A stretch of 64,000 nucleotides of DNA from Myxococcota bacterium (GTDB taxonomy: Bacteria; Myxococcota; JACRCW01), in the NCBI GenBank assembly GCA_040752415.1, contig JBFMGU010000008.1:24805-88804 (forward strand). Reading direction: 5' to 3'. This document shows positions 38,337-48,310 of this stretch, piece by piece. Positions within the stretch are counted from its first letter, which is position 1. Each line of letters starts with the position of its first letter. A program made the position numbers and the translations under genes. The notes under the pieces are model-generated. The model worked only from the letters and a program-made list of their open reading frames with translations, was not told where the DNA came from and searched no databases.

Positions 38337-39659
38337 TCACGGCTCCACGCAGAGGCCCACGGTCTGGCCGTCCTCCTCGCCCACCGGGTTGCACGAGGCG
38401 CCGCTGAAGGGACACTCGTCGGCAATCGCGCACAAGCGACCGCAGATTCCCGGCGCGCTCGGGTCGTCGGAGGCGGGCAGGCACTCCCAGTCACCCGCGC
38501 CGCAGTCACCCGCCTGCCAGCAGAACGTGGCGCAGTATCCCCGCGGCGCCACCGTGGGATCCACGCCTTCACCCGCCGCCAGGCACCAGCCGCCATCACA
38601 GTCGTTGTCGGTCTCGCATCCGCGCGCCGCGCGCGCCGTGCCCTGTCCCACCGGGAGCTCGTCCCAGCTCTGGCATCCGCCGTCGGCGCACGGGTCGTCG
38701 GCGGGAACGCAGTTTCCGTCGACATCGCGCACGGTGCCCGCGGGGCAGCCCCCGTCGTTGCAGGTGTCATCCAGCGCGCAGTCCGGGATCTCCTCGCCGT
38801 CGCACACCATGTTGCCGGTGGGGCCCGCCTCCACCGTGCCAGTGAAGCTGCAGCTGTGCGTCTCGCCCATCTCGTCGGGGCCGGTCATGGTTCCGCTCAG
38901 CGTTCCGTCGGGCGCAATGTCCAGGTGCAGCGTTCCGTCGGGGGAGACCGGCGTGGCGAGGTCGTCGTACACCTCGTCCAACGTGATGGAGCCGTCGGGA
39001 TGCACCACCTCCGTCGACGCGTAGTGGAACTCCTGCGTGCGGCCCGCGTAGGTCAGGCCCCCATCCGCCGTCACCGTGTTGGTCACCGTGCCGTCCTCCG
39101 CCACCACGGTGGATTCCACCACATCCCAGTGCGCGCTGGCGCCGTCGGGATAGGTCACATCCACCGCGTAGCTGGCCTGCGCGTTGCCGTTCTCGTCGAC
39201 AGTCTCGCTGCCCACCACGTGCGCGCTGGAACCGTCGGGATAGGCGTAGGTGAGGTCAAACGCACCGGTGTCCGGGTCATGCGTGCCGGTCACCACCGTG
39301 CCGTCCTCCAGCGTCTCGTTCACCTCGTTGCTGGTGGACGCCTGCGGCGCGGTGTCGGCGAGCATCACCACGCCGTCCTCGGGGGGACGCCCCATGTCGG
39401 GGAAGCGGTCGGACAGCTCTCCACGCACCGGCGCGCGCGTGGTGGCACCGGAGCGCACCAGCACGCGCTGCGGACGGTTGGCGCGGTCGGGAGCGCGCTG
39501 CCAGCGCGACGTCTCGCGTGTCGTCGTCGGCTCCTCGTGCTGCTGCACGGCGACCTGCTCTTGCGTGCTGTTGCCGTTGTCATTGACGCCGCACCCCAGC
39601 GGCAGAAGACACACCACCACCAGCGCCCGCGCGGGGCGGGCCAGAAGCTTTGCGCTCAT
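38337..39659 (-). CDS. hypothetical lipoprotein with Cys-rich C-terminus
   Basis: LPLGC lipobox; acidic beta-rich middle with (Y/H)PDG repeats; Cys-rich tail. Confidence 0.7.
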   Translation of the reverse strand: MSAKLLARPARALVVVCLLPLGCGVNDNGNSTQEQVAVQQHEEPTTTRETSRWQRAPDRANRPQRVLVRSGATTRAPVRGELSDRFPDMGRPPEDGVVMLADTAPQASTSNEVNETLEDGTVVTGTHDPDTGAFDLTYAYPDGSSAHVVGSETVDENGNAQASYAVDVTYPDGASAHWDVVESTVVAEDGTVTNTVTADGGLTYAGRTQEFHYASTEVVHPDGSITLDEVYDDLATPVSPDGTLHLDIAPDGTLSGTMTGPDEMGETHSCSFTGTVEAGPTGNMVCDGEEIPDCALDDTCNDGGCPAGTVRDVDGNCVPADDPCADGGCQSWDELPVGQGTARAARGCETDNDCDGGWCLAAGEGVDPTVAPRGYCATFCWQAGDCGAGDWECLPASDDPSAPGICGRLCAIADECPFSGASCNPVGEEDGQTVGLCVEP

Positions 39660-39892
39660 GTTGTGGTTCCCCTGGGGACCGGACGACCCCGCGACGTGCG
39701 GGCGGTCACGCCCAACCCTCAGACGCCGCTTCTGTGGCGCGTTCCCCGCGCAGTGTTCACGCCCGGATCGACGACAGTTCACAGATTCTCGCCGTGAACG
39801 CGTGGTCACACCGTGCACGCGCGTTGACGCCCTTCAAAGGCCCACCCGTCCGTGCCACGCTGCCGGGCGGGCCCGAGGTGCGGAGCAAGCGG

Positions 39893-40891
39893 ATGGTGCG
39901 GTTCGCGTTGACCTTGTTGTGGGTGATGGTTCGGGTGGCGGTGGCGCGAGTTTTCCGCGGACCGTTGCGCTCGTCGTGGAGCTTCGGGACGGAGGTGGCG
40001 GTGGAGACGCTGCGCGCCCTCACCGTCTGGGTCCGACGGGTGGGCCTCAACGGCCTGCGCGCCCAGGTGGTGTCGCTGGAGCGTCCTCCCGCCGAGTACG
40101 CCGGCGTCCGGTGGGAGCGTGTCGACGTGCGCGGCATACCCGGCGTGTGGTTCACCCCGGAGGACGTCGACGCGCAGGGCACCATCCTCTACCTGCACGG
40201 CGGCGGCTACGTGACGTGCTCCATCGAGACGCACCGTGAGCTGATGGTCCGCCTGGCGCGGGCGTCGCGTTGTCGCGTGCTGGCCGTGGACTACCGCCTG
40301 GCACCGGCCCATCCCTTCCCCGCAGCGCTCGACGACGCCGTGGCTGCCTACCAGTTCCTCCTCGACGCCGGCGTCCCGCGCGAGGGCATCTTCGTGGCGG
40401 GCGACTCCGCCGGTGGCGGCCTCACGCTGGCGCTGCTCATGACCCTGCGCGACCGCGGCGTGTCCCTGCCCCGCGCTGCCATGTGCATCTCGCCGTGGAC
40501 GGACCTGGCCGCCACCGGCGCCACGCTCCAGACCAACGCCCGCACCGACTACATCCCCGCCGACCTCATCGTCCCGTGCGCGCAGCAATACGCAGGCACC
40601 CATGACCTGCGACACCCGTTGATCTCACCGCTCTACGGCGAGTGGCACGGCCTGCCCCCGCTGCTCATCCAGGTCGGCGGCGCTGAGACCCTGCTCGACG
40701 ATTCCCGTCGCGTCGCGGAGCGGGCCCGCGCCGCCGGTGTCTCGGTCACGCTCGAAGTCGCCGAGGACATGTTCCACGTGTGGCATGCATTCGCGCAGGT
40801 GGCGCCGCAGGGGAAGCAGGCCATCAAGCGCATGGGTGATTACGTGCGCCAGCACCTGACTGCGGGCAATGACGTCTCGCAAGCCGCGTGA
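39893..40891 (+). CDS. HSL-family alpha/beta hydrolase (esterase)
   Basis: LHGGGY, DYRLAP, GDSAGG, HVW; start uncertain. Confidence 0.92.
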   Translation: MVRFALTLLWVMVRVAVARVFRGPLRSSWSFGTEVAVETLRALTVWVRRVGLNGLRAQVVSLERPPAEYAGVRWERVDVRGIPGVWFTPEDVDAQGTILYLHGGGYVTCSIETHRELMVRLARASRCRVLAVDYRLAPAHPFPAALDDAVAAYQFLLDAGVPREGIFVAGDSAGGGLTLALLMTLRDRGVSLPRAAMCISPWTDLAATGATLQTNARTDYIPADLIVPCAQQYAGTHDLRHPLISPLYGEWHGLPPLLIQVGGAETLLDDSRRVAERARAAGVSVTLEVAEDMFHVWHAFAQVAPQGKQAIKRMGDYVRQHLTAGNDVSQAA

Positions 40892-40949
40892 GCGCTCGTG
40901 GTATGGTGCAACCGGCTCGTCGTCGTCACGGGCAGTGAAGGAGGGTTCC

Positions 40950-41855
40950 ATGACACATGCCCCGCTTGCGGACCTGCACCGCCACCTGGACGGTTCCTTG
41001 CGCGCGGCCACGCTGCGGGACCTGGCCAACCAGCTGGGCGTGACCATCCCCGACGACATCCGCTTCTTCCGGGGCATGGGCCTGGACGCTGCGCTGGAGC
41101 GCTTCCGTCACACGCTGGCCGTGCTGCAGCAACCGGACGCGGTGCAACGCGTGGCCGACGAGATCTGTGGCGACGCGCAGGCGGAGGGCGTGACCACGTT
41201 GGAGATCCGCTTCGCGCCGCAGCTGCATCACGGTGCGTCGCTGGAGAGCGTCGTCGACGCGGCGCTGGAGGGCGTGGCCGGGCGCGCGGGTCTCATCCTG
41301 TGCGGCCTCTACGGTGAGCCGCCCGCGGTGCTGGAGCACCTGGTGGCGGTGGCGGAGTCACGTCGCGGCGTGGTGGGCATTGACCTCGCCGGTGGCCCCG
41401 CTCCCGGTCAGCAGTACGGCATGGTGGACTACGCGGCGGCGTTCGAGCGTGCGCGTCGCATCGGGGTGGGACGGACCGTGCACGCCGGTGAGGGGCGGCC
41501 TCCCGCGGAAATCCGCATGGCGGTGGAGCTGCTGCACGCGCAGCGCATTGGTCACGGCACCACCGTGCTGCAGGATCCCGCCGTCGTGGAGCTGGTGCTG
41601 AAGCGGGGCGTCACGTTGGAGGCGTGCCCCACGTCCAACGTGCACACCGGCGTCATCCCGGGCGTGGAGGACCACCCGCTGGCCACCTGGCTGAGGCGCG
41701 GCCTGCGCGCGTGCGTGTGCACGGACAACACACTGCTCTCCGACGTGGATTCGCCCACCGAGCACCGCAACGCGCTCCGCGCCCAGGGCATGGATGAGCA
41801 GTTGCTGGGCATGGCCATCGCCTACGGACACGCGGCGGCGTTCCGTCGGGAATGA
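40950..41855 (+). CDS. add: adenosine deaminase family protein
   Basis: DLHRHLDGS, EIRFAP, HAGE, RIGHG, CPTSN, TDN; AAGGAGGG RBS. Confidence 0.85.
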   Translation: MTHAPLADLHRHLDGSLRAATLRDLANQLGVTIPDDIRFFRGMGLDAALERFRHTLAVLQQPDAVQRVADEICGDAQAEGVTTLEIRFAPQLHHGASLESVVDAALEGVAGRAGLILCGLYGEPPAVLEHLVAVAESRRGVVGIDLAGGPAPGQQYGMVDYAAAFERARRIGVGRTVHAGEGRPPAEIRMAVELLHAQRIGHGTTVLQDPAVVELVLKRGVTLEACPTSNVHTGVIPGVEDHPLATWLRRGLRACVCTDNTLLSDVDSPTEHRNALRAQGMDEQLLGMAIAYGHAAAFRRE

Positions 41856-41873
41856 CCGACACCTCAGGGCGCC

Positions 41874-42101
41874 TCAGCGTTCCGCTTCCTTGCTGCCCAC
41901 CACCGTGAGGTTCAGGCCCACCTGCACGTTCAGCGGTTTCCCGTCGACGGTGATGGTGGTCTTGCCGTTGAGGTACCAGCCGAACGAGCCCGTGCTGAAC
42001 TCACGCTTCTCGGCGAGCATCTCGTTGCCATTGAGCATCACCTTCACCGACTCGGCCTTTTCGATGAAGTTCGTCTTGGAGATGGGGCAGGTCTTTGCCA
42101 T
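41874..42101 (-). CDS. small hypothetical protein
   Basis: Strong codon bias, protein-like composition, FSTGSFGW..GK..QVGLNLTVVGSK. Confidence 0.75.
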   Translation of the reverse strand: MAKTCPISKTNFIEKAESVKVMLNGNEMLAEKREFSTGSFGWYLNGKTTITVDGKPLNVQVGLNLTVVGSKEAER

Positions 42102-42212
42102 GGCGCGCATGCTTCACCAGGCCCCTCCCCTGTTCAAGGCCTGCATTTGCGTCGCGCTCCCGCCCGTTGCTAGCAACCGTGCCGGCGCCCGTCGTGGGGG
42201 CCTTGGGGTGAC

Positions 42213-44351
42213 GTGGTGGGGCAACGTGCCAAGAGGGCGGCCATCCGACGAGGCATCCCCCCGCTCGCCGTCGCGGCGCCGCTGGCACTGCTGGGCCTCG
42301 GCCGGCCGCAACCCGCACGTGCGCTCCTGCTCGGCGGCGCGGCGTGGCTCGCGCTGCTGGGCCTCTCCCGCGTCTTCCGCCTCAAGGCGCGCCTGCGCTG
42401 CTGGACGCCACCCGTGTTGTCGTCGTGGGGCGCCTTGCTGCTGCTGCTGGTTGCCACCTGGTACCTGTGTCCTCCGCTGGTGACCAGTGGCAAGACGCTG
42501 GCGGCGTGGGATGCGCCCATGCACACCTGGCACGCGCACAACCTGGCCACGCGCCTGTTGCCCGCGTTGCGCGGCTACAACCCCAACCTCCTCTTTGGCT
42601 GGCCGGAGGGCGACGATTACGCGCTCTTCGTCTACCTCCCCGCCGCGCTGCTGCATGTGCTCTCCTTCGGGTTGATCTCCGTCGAGACGGCCACTGCGCT
42701 GGAGATGCTGCTGGCCACGCTGCTCTGGCCACTGGCCTTCTGGCTGTGGTTCCGACAGGAAGTGGGCGCCTGGACCGCCCTGCTCGCCGCGGTGCTCGTC
42801 TTGTGGGACCCGGGGTGGTTCCACCAGATCGGCACCATTCCGCTGTTGGTGGTGGGGCTGTGGCCGTTCCGCATGAGCATGGCGACGAGCATGCTGGTGC
42901 TGATGGCTTCCCAGCGCTGGCTGCGGGAGGGAACCCGCCGGGCCTTCGTGCTCCTCGTGGTGACGTCGTTGATCGCGTGTCAGCTGCACGTGGGCGGCTG
43001 GGTGTTCCTGGGTTATGGCGTGGCGGCGTTGTGGCTTGCGGGCGGCGCGGCCGGAACAACCAGGGAGCGCGCGCTGCGGTGGGTGCTCGTTCTCGTCGGC
43101 GCGACGTTGGCCACGGGATGGTTCATGGTGCCCTGGCTGGCGCAGCGAGAGCTCTTCATCAACATGTCGGAGCCCGGCGAAATCAGCGCGGCCACGTTGC
43201 TGCAACACCTGCGTGCGCTGGATCCCTTCGGACGGCTCACCCCGCTGGAGCTGGCGTTGTGCGTTGGCAGCGCGGTGTGGCTGGCGTTGCGGGGGAAGAT
43301 GGCGGGTCGCTTCGCGGTGGCGTCGTTGCTCGTGGGCACCGTGCTCGCCGTGCGCGACGTCATGGTGACGCTCTCCCCGGACGCGCTGCGCCCCATCTTC
43401 GAGACGCTGATGTACCCCCGCTTCCTCTCCTACGCGCGCGGGGCCATGGTGTTCTGCGCTGGTGTCGTCGTTGTCGTATTGGCGCGGTGGGTGTGGCGGA
43501 CCCAGGTCAGCGTGCGCGGGCGCGACCTCTCTCGGGAGGCACTGGCAACGCTGGTGGCGGGCGGTGTGGTGATGATGCTGGTGGCGGCGTCGGAGAAGGA
43601 CCTGGCCACCACGCTGGACCGGACGCGCGTGGTTCCCACCGTCGACCAGCTTCCCGAGACCGCGGGCCTGGTGTCCGCCGCGCGCTGGCTCAAGGAGAAC
43701 GGTCCTGTCGACGTGCTCCTTGCGGTGGAGGACGTCATCAGCAACCAGAAGCCCACCGCGCACCTCCCGGGCCACGTGCAGATGCTCTCGGGCGTGCCCG
43801 TGGTGTCCACCAGCGAGCTCGCCGCGGTGGCGTTCATCAACTACGTGCCGGGCAAGAACCGCTACACACCCGACCAGCTCCGCGCCGGGGGCATCACCCA
43901 CTGGGTGGCACGCTCTCCGTTGCCACCCGCGCCGTGGCTCACGCCGGTGAAGTCCTTTGACGGCGCGCACCTGTTTGAGGCGGAACGCCTGCTGTCGGAC
44001 CAGCGCCTCACGGGCGCGGCGGATGGCGTGCGGATCGAGCGCATGGACGGGGAGCGCGTGATCCTGGTGGGGCCGGAGGCGGGCTACACCGCCGTGCTGC
44101 GCATGCGCTGGACACCGCGGTTGCGTCCCGTCGACGGGTGGGCCGTGACCATCACCCGCGGCGCCTTCCTGCCCGGCTCCCCGGAGTTGTTCACGCGGGT
44201 GGAGGTTCCGCCGGGACGTGCACGGGTGGAGCTGGAGCTGGGTCCGCCGCCGCGCGCGGTTGCGGGATATCTCGCCACCGTGGTTGGGCTGCTGCTGTTG
44301 GTGCTGTTGTGGAGGGATTCCCGGCGCTTCGCCCCGGCGAATCCGGCCTAA
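42213..44351 (+). CDS. polytopic membrane protein, GT-C/PTPS-related-like
   Basis: WDAPMH, YNPNLLFGWP, many TM segments, soluble C-terminal part and terminal TM; start uncertain. Confidence 0.6.
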   Translation: MVGQRAKRAAIRRGIPPLAVAAPLALLGLGRPQPARALLLGGAAWLALLGLSRVFRLKARLRCWTPPVLSSWGALLLLLVATWYLCPPLVTSGKTLAAWDAPMHTWHAHNLATRLLPALRGYNPNLLFGWPEGDDYALFVYLPAALLHVLSFGLISVETATALEMLLATLLWPLAFWLWFRQEVGAWTALLAAVLVLWDPGWFHQIGTIPLLVVGLWPFRMSMATSMLVLMASQRWLREGTRRAFVLLVVTSLIACQLHVGGWVFLGYGVAALWLAGGAAGTTRERALRWVLVLVGATLATGWFMVPWLAQRELFINMSEPGEISAATLLQHLRALDPFGRLTPLELALCVGSAVWLALRGKMAGRFAVASLLVGTVLAVRDVMVTLSPDALRPIFETLMYPRFLSYARGAMVFCAGVVVVVLARWVWRTQVSVRGRDLSREALATLVAGGVVMMLVAASEKDLATTLDRTRVVPTVDQLPETAGLVSAARWLKENGPVDVLLAVEDVISNQKPTAHLPGHVQMLSGVPVVSTSELAAVAFINYVPGKNRYTPDQLRAGGITHWVARSPLPPAPWLTPVKSFDGAHLFEAERLLSDQRLTGAADGVRIERMDGERVILVGPEAGYTAVLRMRWTPRLRPVDGWAVTITRGAFLPGSPELFTRVEVPPGRARVELELGPPPRAVAGYLATVVGLLLLVLLWRDSRRFAPANPA

Positions 44352-44833
44352 GCGGATCCGCCCGACGTCGCCAGGTCACGGATGCGGTGCAGGCAGTCCT
44401 GCATGGCGCCGCGGAAGGGCCCGCTCAGGACGGCGCGTGCCACCGGCCAGAACACCGGTGAGGTGAGCACGAAGTGGAACTCCCAGCGGATGTGCGTCCC
44501 GCCCGGCGTCTCCGTGAACGTCCACCGACCACCCCCGGACCGCACCATCCAACTGAACGGCGGCTTGAACCCGCTGAGCAGCTCGTACTGCTGCGTCACC
44601 GGTCGACGCAGCGCCACGATCCGCTCTTCCACCACGGAACCGTCACTGTTGGTCACCTGGCGCACACAGCCTTCGCGCAGCGCGCCACCGTCCTGCACGC
44701 GCGCCGCGCGGATGCCGGGAATGGGTCCGCGACCGTGGAACACGCGGGGCAGGGTCTCGTTCGCCGTGGCCAGGTCGAACACCTCGCCCGGCGGCCGGGA
44801 CACGTCCACCTCCGCCCAGGTGGTCACTTCCAT
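44348..44833 (-). CDS. SRPBCC family protein
   Basis: PPGEVFD, GCVRQV..DGS.VEERI, WTFTETPGGTHIRW. Confidence 0.8.
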   Translation of the reverse strand: MEVTTWAEVDVSRPPGEVFDLATANETLPRVFHGRGPIPGIRAARVQDGGALREGCVRQVTNSDGSVVEERIVALRRPVTQQYELLSGFKPPFSWMVRSGGGRWTFTETPGGTHIRWEFHFVLTSPVFWPVARAVLSGPFRGAMQDCLHRIRDLATSGGSA

Positions 44834-44845
44834 GGGTGTCCGGGC

Positions 44846-45277
44846 TCAGGCGCTGACGCGCATGTTCTCGTCGTAGAACGAGCGCATCCGCGTGCGCTCC
44901 GCGGCGTCCAGCGCCTCATCCAGGTAGGCCAGCAGCCCCGCGTAGTCGTCGTCGCGGTACAGCCGACGCACGGGATTCAGGCCCTCCCGCACCAGCCGCT
45001 CCCACTGCAGACCCGCGGTCGCGCTGGCGGAGGGAATCAAGTACGCGCTCCGCTCGATCTTGGGATTGTCCGAGCGCATCGTCGCCACGATGATCTCGGT
45101 GACCTCCTTGCTCATGATGCCCAGCTTGCGGAAGTCCGCGCAGCACACCATGGGCCGGGTGTGCATGGAGAGGATGGCGGTGATGTCCTTCACCCCCTGG
45201 TGCATCTGCTCCACCGTCAGCGGCGAATCCGCCCGCAGCTCCAGCAAGCGACCCACGTGGTTCTCGAACCTGAGCAT
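44846..45277 (-). CDS. hypothetical protein (STAS/SEC14-like)
   Basis: VCCADFR, DNPKIERSAYL..SATAGLQWERLVRE..NPVRR; strong codon bias. Confidence 0.65.
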   Translation of the reverse strand: MLRFENHVGRLLELRADSPLTVEQMHQGVKDITAILSMHTRPMVCCADFRKLGIMSKEVTEIIVATMRSDNPKIERSAYLIPSASATAGLQWERLVREGLNPVRRLYRDDDYAGLLAYLDEALDAAERTRMRSFYDENMRVSA

Positions 45278-45382
45278 GTTGCCCCCATGTCAGTGAATGG
45301 CGACGTCGACTAGCACACACCGTTGGGGCGGAGGAACCGCGCAGGCTTCCACCGCCCGGTGGAGCTTCGTGACATTTCGGTG

Positions 45383-46699
45383 TCAGCGGGCAGGCAAAGC
45401 AGCCGCGGACGACGCGGTAGCAGGGGGCGGGTTCTCGTCGGTGAGGGCGGTCTGCCAGTTGGCCATCAGCAACAGCGCGGCCACCAGGGCACTGACACCC
45501 ATGGGCAGGGTCAACACCAGGAGCATGGCGGTGCCGCCCATGGACATCAGGCTGCGGGAGACGTTGTATTCGTGCCGGGACAGCGGGACGAAAGGACCGT
45601 AACTGTCGGGCTCGAAGCTGAAGAACCACCACACGCTCGCGGTCAGCACGCTGGCAGGAACCGCGTAGAGGACCGGCGTCAGCATGGCGCAGCCACCGCC
45701 CAGCGCAGCCAGCAGCGGGGCCAGGCGTCGCACCACGTTGGGCGACTGCGCCTCGCGGATGCGCTCCTCATCCCGACAACAGCCCTCCGCCGCCACCCGC
45801 ACGCGTCCCAGGTCCAACGCATCCACCACGCCCACCACGACAGAGAACGTGGTCAGCGCCCCGGCAACGGCCAGCGGCAGCGCCGCGAAGACAAATGGCA
45901 ACGCCACGAAGATCGGCGAGATTCCCGGCCCCTTGGACAGCTCGCCAAAGCCATGGGTGTACGCGGAGATCTCGTACTGGCCCCACCAGTAGCCGATGCA
46001 AGGCCCGCTGGCCGCCAGGCACCCGCCCGCCGCCAACAACGAGCCTGCCTCGAGCAGGGTCAGAGCATTGCTCTCTCCGTTGCGGCGGATCACCACGTCG
46101 GTCCACACGCGGCTGAGCTCCGTTTCGGGCTGTCTCTGCAGCTCCTCGCGCAGGGCCTCCAGGCCTTCCGCGTCGGTGCCCAGGCGTTCCTGGAGCTGGG
46201 GATCGTCGACGGAGATGGCGGCGTTGCTGGCCAGCTCCCGCGCCACCACGTCCACGCCGGTGAGCAGGCCGTCAAGGCCGCGGGCGCGCATCCCGGAACG
46301 ACGCACCGCGCGCGCGCTCTTCCGCTCCAGCAGGGTGGTCTGCAGGTTCCACAGTCCATCCTCGCCGTCCAACGTCGTCACCACCAGCAGCGCCACGTCC
46401 AATGCATCCGCCACCTCGCCCAGGCACGAAGGGTCGGCGCAGCCACTGAGCTGTTGCTGCGCCTCCTTGCCCAGCAATGCCGCGATCTCCGCGCGGGTCA
46501 CCACCTTGAAGGGCGCGTGACGGGAGAGCGCCTCGGCCAACGCGCGTTCCAGCCCGGGCGCGGCCTGCTGCAGCTCAGCGCTTGCATTCCTGGGGATGCG
46601 GAAGGGCACCACCAGCGCCTTTTCCGACGACGATGCCGACGACGCCACCACCGGCTCGGCGAGGGCCACCAGGGAAGCCAGGAGCCACGTGACCATCAT
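45383..46699 (-). CDS. hypothetical membrane protein, paralog of the upstream gene
   Basis: ATGA overlap with upstream stop; EAQQQLSGCADPSCLGEV domain; C-terminal TMs. Confidence 0.7.
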   Translation of the reverse strand: MMVTWLLASLVALAEPVVASSASSSEKALVVPFRIPRNASAELQQAAPGLERALAEALSRHAPFKVVTRAEIAALLGKEAQQQLSGCADPSCLGEVADALDVALLVVTTLDGEDGLWNLQTTLLERKSARAVRRSGMRARGLDGLLTGVDVVARELASNAAISVDDPQLQERLGTDAEGLEALREELQRQPETELSRVWTDVVIRRNGESNALTLLEAGSLLAAGGCLAASGPCIGYWWGQYEISAYTHGFGELSKGPGISPIFVALPFVFAALPLAVAGALTTFSVVVGVVDALDLGRVRVAAEGCCRDEERIREAQSPNVVRRLAPLLAALGGGCAMLTPVLYAVPASVLTASVWWFFSFEPDSYGPFVPLSRHEYNVSRSLMSMGGTAMLLVLTLPMGVSALVAALLLMANWQTALTDENPPPATASSAAALPAR

Positions 46700-48033
46700 G
46701 GGGCGCTCCCGGTCTTCGTCGTGGCGGCGGGCGCGGGGTCGTCCTCCACCGGCGATGGTGATGGCCACAGGAGCAGCAACAGTCCCACCGGCGTGGCCAC
46801 CAGCAGCGGCGTCAGCGCGGCCAGGAACCCCAGGTAGTAGGGCGGGGCGCCCACCGCCAGCGCCAGGTTGCCCTCGAAGGTGGCCTGGTACGCGTCGGTG
46901 GTGGACTCGATCTCGTCGTAGGAGATGCCAAGGCCGGTCAACATCACCACGGCGACCATGGCGCCGTAGATGCCCAGGCCCTGGAACAGCATGGCCGCGG
47001 TGAATGGGCCGGAAAGCGCGATGAACAGCGCCAGCGCCTTGTGGAAGCCGTCGGTTCCGTTGGCATCGTGGATGTCCGCGTCACGTCGACAGCAGCCAGA
47101 GCGACGCACCGCCACGCGACCGAGGTTGAGCGCGTCCACCACCGCCAGCGCCACGCCCACCATCGCGGAGAGCACCACCAGGGGACCGGTGATGGCGAGC
47201 GGAACCGCGACGGCCATGAGCAGCGGCGGGTTCACCGTCGACGAGACCACCGCGCCGTAGACGGGGAGGAACACCATGACCAGGGCCAGCGCGCCAACGG
47301 CACTGAGACCAAAGGCCACCGCCTCACCCGCCACCAGCGCGCGGCTCTCGACGTTGTGCTGGACGATGAACTCGGTCAGCGCCTCGGTGGTGGTGGCCTG
47401 GGGGTGCTCCTCGCGGAAGGTGCGGAAGGCGGCCAGGTCCTCCGGGGTGGTGAACCCCAGGCGCTGCATGGCGACGGGTCCTTCCAACACCGCCGACTCG
47501 GGCTTGCCGGCCAGCGCCAGCGCCATCTCCTCGGTCTGGGCCACCAGGGACTGCAGCGTCCGGCCCTGGGTGCTCGCGCGCTCCACCACCGACGCGTCCG
47601 ACTGGCGGATGAGCGACGAGGTGAACAGCAGCACCCCGCCCACCGGTCGCACCTCGCTGAGGACCACCAGCTCGGAGTGTATGGCGCCCAGCAGCTCGGT
47701 GAGGCAGCTGTCCTCCGCGCAGCCGGCCGCCTGCCGCACCGCCTCGTGGCTCAGCATCTCCTGGACCTCGTCGGTGCTGAGCACGCGGTAGCCGCTGGCC
47801 TCCTGCATGCGCGCGGTCAACGCGCTGGTGAGCATGATGCTGCCCTCGGCGCCCGCGGCCCCTGCGGTGATCATGCGCACCGGCAGCACCGCGAGTGTGG
47901 GTGCGGGCCTTTCCTCCGACGGGGTGGTGGCGGACGACGGTGCCGCCTCCGTCGCGGCGCGCGAGGGACCCCCGGCGCCCTCGGCTTCCGCCTGGGCGTG
48001 CACCGCCAGGATCAGGGCGAGGACCGGGAGCAT
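46696..48033 (-). CDS. hypothetical membrane protein with signal peptide
   Basis: MLPVLALILAVHAQA; EAVRQAAGCAEDSCLTEL; C-terminal TMs. Confidence 0.7.
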   Translation of the reverse strand: MLPVLALILAVHAQAEAEGAGGPSRAATEAAPSSATTPSEERPAPTLAVLPVRMITAGAAGAEGSIMLTSALTARMQEASGYRVLSTDEVQEMLSHEAVRQAAGCAEDSCLTELLGAIHSELVVLSEVRPVGGVLLFTSSLIRQSDASVVERASTQGRTLQSLVAQTEEMALALAGKPESAVLEGPVAMQRLGFTTPEDLAAFRTFREEHPQATTTEALTEFIVQHNVESRALVAGEAVAFGLSAVGALALVMVFLPVYGAVVSSTVNPPLLMAVAVPLAITGPLVVLSAMVGVALAVVDALNLGRVAVRRSGCCRRDADIHDANGTDGFHKALALFIALSGPFTAAMLFQGLGIYGAMVAVVMLTGLGISYDEIESTTDAYQATFEGNLALAVGAPPYYLGFLAALTPLLVATPVGLLLLLWPSPSPVEDDPAPAATTKTGSAP

Positions 48034-48250
48034 GCGAGCCGGACCCTAGCCCATGGCGGGACCTGCGCGGCAAGCCAGTCAGAGGACCGAGGCCCCACGG
48101 GGAGCGACATCCACGCACGCGGCTGGGCTGAACCGGGTTGTCAGGCGAGGTGTTGGCCGGGGCGCCGAGGAGGACAACCGCGGCGCGAAACCCAGGCGGG
48201 TCGGGGCGAGGCGCACCAATCGGGGGCTGCGCGCGGACCCGACCGCATGT

Positions 48251-48302
48251 TCCCGGGGACCACCGTGCGCGAAGGACACGGATGGCACGTTGGTCCCCGG
48301 GA
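48251..48302 (-). terminator. stem-loop just downstream of the giant gene (terminator/stabiliser candidate)
   Basis: tcccggggacca (48251-48262) / tggtccccggga (48291-48302) perfect 12-bp arms plus inner cgtgc/gcacg; no U-tract. Confidence 0.5.
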
Positions 48303-48310
48303 GGGTTGGG

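Noticed and set aside
36861..39797. 978-aa plus-strand ORF
   Set aside because: Overlaps two better-supported minus-strand genes; shadow frame
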